The position numbers and the translations under genes were made by a program. Positions 14,102 through 24,205 of a stretch of DNA of 64,000 nt are shown in pieces. Each line of letters opens with the position of its first letter. The first letter of the stretch is position 1. The stretch is from Geosiphon pyriformis uo1 (Eukaryota; Fungi; Glomeromycota): assembly GCA_016748015.1 (NCBI GenBank), contig JAAOMT010000586.1, positions 913,483 through 977,482 of the forward strand, given 5' to 3'. The notes beneath the pieces were generated by a model. It saw nothing but the letters and a program-made list of their open reading frames with translations, made no database searches and was not told the DNA's origin.

Positions 14102-17100
14102 GTGGCAACCACACCAGACACAGCAACTCTAGAGTATTACCAGTCAATTTACACACACTGCAAGCAAAGATTCAACATTCCAGACGAAATTGAAGTTGTC
14201 AAGAAATCAGTATACCAATACATTGAAAACTGCATCAACAATTATCTTTTTGGAAACTACAACATTTCAGAAGTTAGAAGCAATCTCTACAATAATTTAG
14301 TGCACTATTCACACTTGGAAACAGAAGACCTAAACAGTGAAACACTTGCTACCTACTTCCAAGAACTTAATTTTAACATTATTGAATATTGTGAAGAAAA
14401 ATACCCAGTACAGTCTAAATACTCTTTTGACTTTGAATCAGAGACAGAAACAAGCAACAAAGGCAAACAAAAATTGAAGCAATACTCAAAAACCACCCCA
14501 AATACTTTAATACTACCAAAAACAACTGTCAAATACTTACAAACACCTGAACAAGGAACCAGTTCAAAACTTCTACTTACTATTACACCTTTTCCAGCTT
14601 TACTTGCACAAACACAAATACCTAATTCATCTTTAAATTGATTTGCAAGACTAGAAGATTTTACATTACCTAGAAGTCCCACCAAACAACAAGAACCCTT
14701 TCAAACTAGTTTCAATCTCCTTGACTTTCTAGCTAAAAATCAAAGTGAACACTCTGAGACAGTAGCGAATGAAGAAAACGACTCTGAAATATCTGAAAAA
14801 AAATCAATAGACAGTAAAAACAAAGAAGACAAAATGACAGCATACATCACAAAAATCCCTGAATTTAATGGAGAAGACATTAAGACCAGTCTCCAAGAAT
14901 GGCTCGACCAAGTTACTAAAGCTGGAGATGCAAATGGATGGAATGCTGCCAGAATGTTAAGAACAATTCTCTACTTTCTCAAAAGAACAACAGGCAAATG
15001 GTTCGAAAACTTGACCATCTCTTTTAATAACTGGACAGCTTTCAAAACTGTCTTCTTAGAACAATTCACTGATAATAACACCTCCATTACTCTTCGAAAT
15101 TGTTTTCGCAATATCAAACAAAAACCTTCCGAATCTGTCATGACTTATATTGAGAAATTCAATAAACTTTTCAGACGAATTTGCCAACTTGAAACTAATG
15201 ATTATTATTCTGATGCTCAAATCTTGGATCAATTTATCACTGGTTTAAAGGATAAACTGATTAAAAAGGTTTGCCCACATGCTCCAGAAGATTTAAACTC
15301 TGCCATTCAGCATGCAAAGAGATATGAAATGGCCATAGAAGAAGCCAATCATACAAAACTTGTGAACTTAGCCATTGGAAAGACTAACTCAGCAGCTAAA
15401 GAGAAAATTGACCAACTTACAAAGAAAGTCGAAAACTATTTTACCAACTAACAACAACAGCAACCCCAAAAATATCAACTATCTCAAAGACAGAATCAAA
15501 ACAACTTCGTATCATTCTCTAATAACCAGCCTCAGAATTGCCATTACTGTGGAATTCCTGGCCACTGAAAAAAAGATTGCAGAAAGCTACAATGAGACCA
15601 ACAAAACAGGAGTAATCAATGTTACCCTTTGCCACAACAATCTTATTACCAACTATCACTACCACTAGCTTACTATCCACCAAGACCACAATATCAAACC
15701 GATTACTATCAACCTGCTCCACAGCCAATGCAACAACAGTATTGACAACCCATTCAACATTACTAAGTACCTGCTCAAAGATTGGTTCAACAAAACCAAT
15801 TTGCACCACAAAACTGATTCACAACAAACAACAACAGAACCAACCCAAATAACCAATTAATTCTCCGAAATCTAGCTCAGCCAAGACCCACCCATTATCA
15901 TACTCAATCTAGCTATCTTACAATATCTGAAGAACAGGATTTTCACCATACTGCACTTTCGGAAGGTAGAGCTGCAGCATGACAACAAAACCCTTTCTAT
16001 ACTCCTACCACAATTCCACTAGCCAGAATTGCTAAAAATGCCAACCTTTCAGATATATTCCTTTTTGAGTTCAAAGCAAATAAGTCACCATTCCTGTTTA
16101 GCAATGCAGCCACCAATAAACAAAAAACAATCACTGCTATATACACAGAAGCAGAAGTTGAAGGAAAGGCAATTTGCTTGATCCTAAACAGTGGATCCAC
16201 CAGAAGCATCATTACCTATCAGTTAATGCAACAGTTAAAGAAAAATGTTGACCAACCAGCTCAAACAGTAATCATTACTGCCGATGGCATGAAAAAGACT
16301 CCAGTAGGAGAAATTGACAATTTTTTGTTCACTCTTGATGGAATTACCATTTCAGTCAAAGTTCTTGTAATAGACATTCCTTAGTATCAAGCCCTTGTCA
16401 GAAATGACTGACTTCAAAAAGCCAATGCAAAATTAGACTGGGAAACCAAAGAACTACAAATCTCTTACCAAGGACAACATGCCCGAGTACTTGCCACTTG
16501 TGGTACATTCAACAAATGCTCTGAAAAAGCCCCAGCTTTTGAATTCAAACCAGAAGAAGAAAAACCAATAATCGAAACATTTATGGCTCTTGGATCAATG
16601 TCTAATTGGGCTGAGGAAACTGAACAAGAACATTTTACTCCACACTCTAAACCTAAAACTCCTGGATAGAATATCCCTTACTCAAAGCCTAAACCAAGGA
16701 AATGATGCCCCTACATTCCTCTTAAATGTAAGAACTGCCACAAGAAACTATCGTCAATAGGAGCTTGTATTTCACCTGAGGAAGAATATGAAAGTCATAC
16801 CTGCTACTACTGCAAGGTCTGCCATCAAGAACAATGGAGCCACTTGATCAAAAAAAGCAGAAAATAGGATAGAACACCCTGTCTTACTTGTGGAAAGCAG
16901 CTTCTTGATGAATGTGACTGGATTGATGTCGCATTTAGAGGAGGAGTCTGCGATCAAACTTGCCAATATGCTCTTTCTATTGCAGAAAAGATAAAACATG
17001 GAACACCTTTCAATGCCGCATACAATAGCACCTTCAACAAACTCCATTATTATCCCCATGACGCCAAAATGATCTACAAACTTGCCATGGTTTTAATTAA

Positions 17101-19780
17101 CGGAAGAACCAAAGAAGATGATCTTCAAATAAAAGAAGCTAAATATATCAAATATACCTTGGAATTAGCTGGATTTGATTATGAAAATGAAGTAGAAGTG
17201 TACCATCAAATCACAAGTCACACTTACCTAATCAAAGAAGCTCAAGCTCAATGGCTAGAGCAAATGAACATTAAATTATGTGAGGAATGCATAATGCCTT
17301 GTGATGAACAATAGTGTTCTGAATGCTATGCTCTTAGCATTCCATTACCCAGTGAAAGTGACGAATATGAAATCAAATTTGGTGAACCTAAAGCCACAGA
17401 AAAAATTGAAATGACACTTGTCTATCTTATCAAAAGTCAGCCTGCTTTACAGCTCAAATACTTTAACAACAACAGACAAGAAATAAAGCCTGAAAAAGCA
17501 CATGAAATTGATGCTGGATACGATCTATGATATCCAAGAAAAGACACTTTAGTTCTTTAACTAAATTTTCTTACCAAGATCAATCTCAAAATTGCCCTCG
17601 AAATCCCACCAGAAGCAATGGTCTAAATTGCTTCACGATCATCATTGGCAAGCAAAAGAATTAATGTTAGAAGAGGAATCATAGATGCTGGATATACAGG
17701 AGATATTACAATCATGTTACAAAATGAAACTGATAAATCTTTCCGGATTGAACATGCCAAAAAAATTGCTCAAGTTATTTATTTACCCTTAATCAACATT
17801 TCGGGTTTACAATTAGTCAATCAAAGAGAACAATTGGGAAAAAGTGAAAGAGGAACCAATGGTTTTGGTTCAACTGGATGATTCACAGTTCCAGTAAACA
17901 TAGCTCTTAATGAACAAAATGAATTTCACCAGATTCTATGACTTCTACAACCAATTACTATTTTACCTTTTGGGGAATATCCGGAAATCTACATCTGCCC
18001 AAAGCCAACAATCACACAACAAATTTTTGAATCCAATGAACAAATCTGCTTGGAACATAATATCTCGATTCCAAACATTTATATTCCAAAAGGAACAAAG
18101 AAAGTCCAAGTTACTTTTTACAATCTCAACAATTATCTCATAGTTTTATTAAATAACTTAGAAATTGGAGTCATTCACAGTAACATCTTTCAACAAGAAC
18201 TACCCCAAACAGTTCTCAATTTTTCGAAAATCATTGGACATTCACTACCAAAAATCAACCCAAACTCCAGCTCTGAAAACTACTATGTTGTCATAGAAAA
18301 ACTATCTCGAATCAACATGGGACAACTTGAACCACAACAACAGAACCAGCTCAAAGAGTTAATTGCAGAATTTGCTGATATCTTTGCCAAAAACAACAAT
18401 GACTTAGGAAGAACTGATTTGGTTCAACACCAAATCTATACAGAAGATGCCAAACCAAGGCAACAACAAGTCTACCGAGTTGCTCCAGAAAGCCACCAAT
18501 TTATCAGAGAAGAAGTACAATGAATGCTTAACAATAGCTTATTCAACCATCAATGAGTCCATAAGCCTCACCTGTGGTCCTAGTTAAAAAGAAAAATGGA
18601 AAGATACGATTTTGTGTTGATTATCGACAACTCAACAGCATTACTATTGGAGATGCCTACCCTTTTTCCCGAATTAATGACATGTTGGATGCCCTTGGAA
18701 AGTCCAAATACTTTTCGACATTAGATTTAGAGAGCGAATACTGGCAAGTTGCCATGGATTCCAAAGATTGCCCCAAAACAGCATTTACTACTCAAGAAGG
18801 AAATTATGAGTTCAATGTAATGCCTTTTGGATTATGCAATGCACTAGCAACATTCCAAAGACTCATGGATGTTATTTACAAAGGCCTCTTTTGGAAATCA
18901 GTAGTTGTCTATTTCAATAATATTGATGTTTATTCACCATTTTTTGAATTACACTTAACACACTTGCAAAAAGTTTTTCAATGATTATAGAAAGCAGGAC
19001 TGAAACTAAACATTAAAAAATGCTACTTTGAAAAAACGAGTTTGGTCTTTCTTGGCCACATTGTGAGTAAAGATGGAATTAAACCAGACTCCAGAAAAAT
19101 CAGTGCTGTCAAAAACTTTAAAACTCCTCAAAACACTACAGAACTAAAAGAATTCATAGGGTTAGCCTCCTATTATCGGAAGTTTATCAAAGAATTCTCA
19201 GAAATTGCAAAACCTCTCAACCAGCTTACTACCAAAAATGTTGAATACAAATGGACTGCTGAACACCAAAATGCATTTGAAATCCTCAAAGAAAAACTAA
19301 CCACAGCTCCAATTCTCGCCTACCCAGATTTCAGCAACCAATTCTGGTTATCAACAAATGCCTTTTATACTGTCTTTGGTGCCATCCTATCATAGTTAGA
19401 TGACAATAGAAATGAGTGAGTAATTGCTTATGCTAGCAAAACATTGAAACCAGCTGAAAAGAACTACTTTACAACAGAATTAGAAACTGCAGCAGTAATC
19501 TGGGCTCTACATCACTTTAATCTTTATCTCAGATCCAAAGAATTTGATATTATTACTAATAATATTGGACTCAAATAACTTTAAAACAAAAACACTCAGC
19601 TGAATGCCAAACAAACCCGATGGACAAGATTTTTAGCCAACTATTGATACATTGTACATCACAAACCAAGAAAACTCCATACTAATATTGATTGTCTCTT
19701 AAGAATGAGACAAAATTAGAAAACAGAACCAACACCCATTTGAATTAACAGCAACAAAACAACAAACAATGAACTCTGAA
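14102..19780 (+). pseudogene. gag-pol polyprotein of copy C: capsid, CCHC knuckle, aspartic protease, Cys-rich module, dUTPase, RT, RNase H
   Basis: ORFs 14102, 14834, 16178, 17069, 17645, 18050 share one frame. CHYCGIPGH*KKDC near 15538; ILNSGS protease; IDAGYTG...RGTNGFGSTG; RFCVDYRQLN, MPFGLCNA, YFNN (decayed YLDD); RNase H to ~19710. Multiple premature stops. Confidence 0.9.
17480..17881 (+). pseudogene. Trimeric dUTPase domain of copy C
   Basis: All five motifs recognisable: DAGYDL, ASRSSLA, GIIDAGYTG, KIAQ, ERGTNGFGSTG. Confidence 0.9.
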
Positions 19781-21150
19781 AACTACAACAATCTTAAACA
19801 ATATTTGGAGACATTAACAATCCCAACAGATTGGTCCCCAGATGAAAAACGTTAATTACAACAACAAGCCAAACAATACTTCTTACACAACAACATTATT
19901 TATTATTGAAACTTCAGAAACCCAGACAGTTCACTCAAATTAATACAAGAACATGAAAAAAAACTATTTTATACAACATGCACTCAGACCCTTTATCAGC
20001 ACATCTAGAAAAAGACAGCACCACCCAGAGAACACTAGAATATTACTTTTGGCCTCGAATGAGAAAAAACATTCATGAATATGTTAAATCTTGTGATAGT
20101 TGTCAAAAAAGAGAAGAAACTCGCCCTACAAAACCTTTAAACCCAATCAAAGTTGGACAGTCTTTTAACCAAATTGGTATTAATTTAGTCAGACCACTAC
20201 CTATCACAAACCAAGGAAACCATTATATTGCAGTAGCCGTAGACTATTTCACTAAATGGCCTGAAGCCAGAGCCATTCAATGAGCAGATGCAAAATCAGT
20301 AGCAAACTTCATTTATGAAGACATTATTTGTAGACACAGATGCCCAATTGAACTTTTATCTGATCAAAGAACACATTTTGTGAACAATCTAATTCAAAAA
20401 ATCTGTGAATGATTCAATATTAAAAGACCATTATCTTCACCCTATCATCCACAAACAAATAAACTTGTAGAATGTTTCAACAGAATATTGTGTGAATTTT
20501 TAGCCAAAGTCTCAACAGATTTTGAGCAGGAATGAGATATCTTTATTCCATCAGTGTTACTAGCATATAGAACACTAAAACAAGATACCACAAAACACAT
20601 ACCATTTGATTTAACCTATGGAAGAACAGCAACATTACCAATTAGTTTCATAGTGGAAACATACTCAGTACAGCCAATTAATGAAGACAACTTTCAGAAA
20701 ACACTACAATGAAGAGCCTACACTCTGCTTAGCACATTGGAAGGAAAACAACGAATAGCAGCAACCCACATTGAACACTCTCAAGCTCAACAAAAAGAAC
20801 GGCATAACAACAAATTGCCACCAATTACCAATGAATTTAAAATTGGAAACAAAGTTCTCTTACACAGAACTAAAGCCAAAAAACAATGGAATAGAAAATT
20901 TGAAAATAAATGGGATGGATCATTCTTTATTCATAAAATCCTAGGCAATGGATCATACAAGTTAAGACTTGATGACAAAATCCTAGCAAAAGTTGCACAT
21001 GGAAATTGTTTGAAACACTATAATTCCAGAAACAATCCTGAACCATTAATTTCACAAATTGGTACACATTCCTTTTTAATCAATCCCAAAGATATTCCCT
21101 AAAATTTAGAATCAATAGTTGTTATTAAACAACCTCCCAACTTGAACACT
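19769..21150 (+). pseudogene. Integrase of copy C (HHCC, DDE core, GPF/Y-type C-terminus; no chromodomain seen)
   Basis: H..PLSAH...CDSC; VAVDYFTKWPEA; LLSDQ; YHPQTN..VE; WDGSF.I. Confidence 0.9.
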
Positions 21151-21275
21151 TAATTTAAATTTATTATTATAGTTATTTCCTTATAATTTAGAAACAATCT
21201 CACAAAAACAAAACAAAAATAACATAAAAACCCATACACCAAAAATAATTTTCCTTTATTTTCAAATCTCTTATA

Positions 21276-21930
21276 ATGACTATTCCTCAAAACATTCAAC
21301 AATTATCCCAAAAACTAATGTTAGCTTTAAAAATAATACTGGAATTATCCATTACTGTTACTGAAAACCACATTAATTATACCCAAACAGAAGTAGTTAC
21401 AAATTTAGCCCCAAATACATGAAAATATTACTTATATAAGAAGAACACAAGAAGTTATTTTGGAATTCACCTGCCAAAACTTTTAAAGCTTGCTTTAAAA
21501 GAAAACTTAATGCTCATTCCTATTAGTATTCTACCAAATGCTACTATTCAACAAAAACTTCAACTGTGTCTTAATAAAGAAAACTATGACTATACTCCAA
21601 TATATAGATATTTCTACATTGGAAAAACACTTCACGAATGAAAACAGGAGCTTACAGCAACAAACCTCACAAAAAAAGCTATTTGGAAACAACTCTACAA
21701 TAAATTCAAAACAACAGCTAGACCTACAAACAGTCATTATAAACTAAGAGCTGCTCTTAGACTTTATAACCTATCCCACACCTGTAAAAACGTCCTACAA
21801 AACCCAATTTTACAACCTTTGAAGATTCAATACATTGAAAAGCTCACAGAACTGAAATTTCAACAATTTTCAGATCAAATTTCTTCAATAATTTTGGATT
21901 ATTATCTGGAAATTACAGACAGTACTTGGA
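21276..21930 (+). pseudogene. Additional 3' ORF (ORF3) of copy C, unknown function
   Basis: ATG at 21276 (MTIPQNIQQLSQKLMLAL...) and a long second-frame segment (IPISILPNATIQQKLQLCL...RAALRLY...KFQQFSDQI) filling ~650 bp between integrase and PPT. Confidence 0.45.
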
Positions 21931-21950
21931 TTTTGACAGAGCTTAGTCTT

Positions 21951-21960
21951 GAGAAGGAGG
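21951..21960 (+). promoter_or_regulatory. Polypurine tract of copy C
   Basis: GAGAAGGAGG three bases before the 3' LTR. Confidence 0.85.
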
Positions 21961-21963
21961 TTA

Positions 21964-22907
21964 TATTACCAGATGAAATTACCCTTATAATTCTTATCAT
22001 TAATTAGCATTTCAAATTATCACTTATTACATTAGCAAAATATCCGAAATTATCATTTAATTAATAACCCAATTTGTACATAACACAAATGTAACCTAAT
22101 TGCAATGATCAATCATGCAATACCCTAAAATATGTAACATTTAAAAAGTTTGCCGAAATTTGTAGAAATTTGCCAAAATAATTGATAGTTTACCGAAATA
22201 TCTAATTGTTTGCAGAAATAACTTGTAGTTCGCCGAAATATAGCTTTAGTTCAGCAAAATTGTAGAAAAAAACAAAGTTCAAGTTCATAGAATAGTGTTA
22301 TGACAAGTTGTATAAAAGAAGAGCTTTTCTTTTTGAAAAAATGTATCTTACTTTAGATTCATTACTTAGAACTATTCCTACACATATAAAAAGAAATAAA
22401 TATCAAATAATTTGAAAAACCAAATTCTTTAATTATTGTACTTAGAAAATCCTCAAAACCCAACTAACATTTTGAAATTGATTAACTACTAATTTCAGTA
22501 AACTGTTAGTAACTCCAGGCCTGAATAGAAAACGTTTCCCTTGACAGAATTCTATTTCTTTTACATTTCTTTTATTTTTCTTTTTTTTTCTTATTACAAT
22601 TATTAGAGTAGCTTACAAACGAGATTTCTGTAGAAGAGTTGACTTTCACAGCAAAGTAACTACACATTTTAGTGAGCTTCCAGATGAGCAATTTTTGGGA
22701 AAGAGTTGACATTTACTACAACATAACTATATAAAGTAACTGGCAAGGAATTGGCCATTCCACTATAAGTCCAGCAGTTCAAATTATAGAAGATAATTTG
22801 AAGATAAATTCAGTTATTGGAGGTTCAACCACATACAGACAACATGAATTCACAACAAACAGACATCAATGACATTTAAGAAAAGAGACCAAAAACCTCC
22901 AGTAACA
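21964..22907 (+). repeat. 3' LTR of copy C
   Basis: TATTACC (mutated TGTTACC)...AGTAACA; direct repeat of 13091-14056. Confidence 0.95.
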
Positions 22908-22932
22908 GTATTAATAAATAACTTGTAACTGC

Positions 22933-23870
22933 TGTTTAAAAACCAGTTCCAAAAGTCTTGGAATTGTCTACTGAATTGTTCTTTAATGGGAAAGCAAATT
23001 AAGCAAAAAGACAAAGAATTAAGTTTAATAAAGTCTAAGTTATTTTTGTTGTGTGTTTCAAAGTGTTCTTCTGATTATTGTGACAGATATAAATAATTAT
23101 TTATACAATAAGAAACAAAGTAGATTTTAACAACTTTACAGAAAGCATTACTTTTATGTTATAGGTTAGAATAATAAGCTAATAGATAATAAAAGAAAAT
23201 AGAATTATAAAATAATAATAATAATCAAAGAAAGAATTACAATAAAAGAGCAAATTGAGTAAATAAAAATTCAATATGTGTAATCAATCTTATAAAAATT
23301 ACAGTCATAAATCTTTTCTGGAAATTTGAAGATAAAAGAATGGTTTGTAATTGTCAACAAGATAACATTACTGTTATTATTCTATGTTTTAACTTGGTGA
23401 TTTTTAGAATCAATAACAAATATTGTTATACTTTTCAATCATTTTTTTATTCAATGAATCACAAAAGCAAGCAATTACTTTTTAGGCTAATTTTAACAAT
23501 ACAAAATCAAAAAGAGAAAAAGATAAAATATATGAATGCCAACAAGTAATCTTTTATTTCAAGATGTTTAGATACTTAAAGGTAGAGAAAAGAGAATAAA
23601 TGATATGAAAAGAAGTAATTGATAATGGATTTTATTTTGTTACTTTGATCATGTTTTTCTATAACTAAGAAACCTATTGTTTATATAGCTATTAAAAGTG
23701 GTCAATGACCAAGTTAATGACTAGGTTAATAATCAGGTCAATGATCAGATCAATGGTCAGGCTATTGATCAGGTCAATGATCACTATCTAAAAATAGGGT
23801 GGCTAATTATATGACATTAGTGGCTAATACATGTAATAACTAATAAAAAGTATGGGTTTTAACCGTAACA
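22933..23870 (-). repeat. Probable solo LTR (copy D)
   Basis: Minus strand begins TGTTACGG (23870) and ends ...AAACA (22933); ~940 bp like the other LTRs; U3 tandem repeats then TATA-like gctatataa; no PBS, PPT or matching TSD. Confidence 0.5.
23700..23783. repeat. 7 x 12-bp tandem repeat, consensus GGTCAATGATCA
   Basis: ggtcaatgacca agttaatgacta ggttaataatca ggtcaatgatca gatcaatggtca ggctattgatca ggtcaatgatca. Confidence 0.9.
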
Positions 23871-24205
23871 ATATAAAACTAAATTGTATTTGTTATAAAA
23901 TAAATGTAAAAATTTACTTTTTAGATGTTTATGTAAATTGTATTAAATTTGAAATATAAAGAAAAATACAACAAAAAATTGAATGCATAAACATATTTAT
24001 AATAAACAAATATTAAATAATTACTTGAATAAAATAATAAATTTGTAGTTGCTTATATTGTTAAAGCATTAAATAAAAAATTTTTGATTGTAACCAAAAT
24101 TACAATATTAATTGCAGCACTAATTTAAATTTAGATTAGCTTTTACCAACAGAGTTCACTAAACACTGTTCCAACGTTCGCGTGTTTTTATATATCTGCT
24201 TTAGA

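Larger units (their letters stand above)
13091..22907 (+). mobile_element. Full-length Ty3/Gypsy LTR retrotransposon copy C (~9.8 kb, pseudogenised)
   Basis: Paired LTRs, PBS, PPT, probable 4-bp TSD (GTGT 13087-13090 / GTAT 22908-22911), domain order gag-PR-dUTPase-RT-RH-IN. Confidence 0.95.

Noticed and set aside
17480-17881. dUTPase as a direct counter-defence to the observed C-to-T mutagenesis
   Set aside because: dUTPase limits dUTP incorporation but does not repair deaminated cytosine in DNA; no link can be supported from sequence.
23700-23783. Repeat array as CRISPR
   Set aside because: Contiguous 12-bp units without spacers, eukaryotic context, no cas genes.
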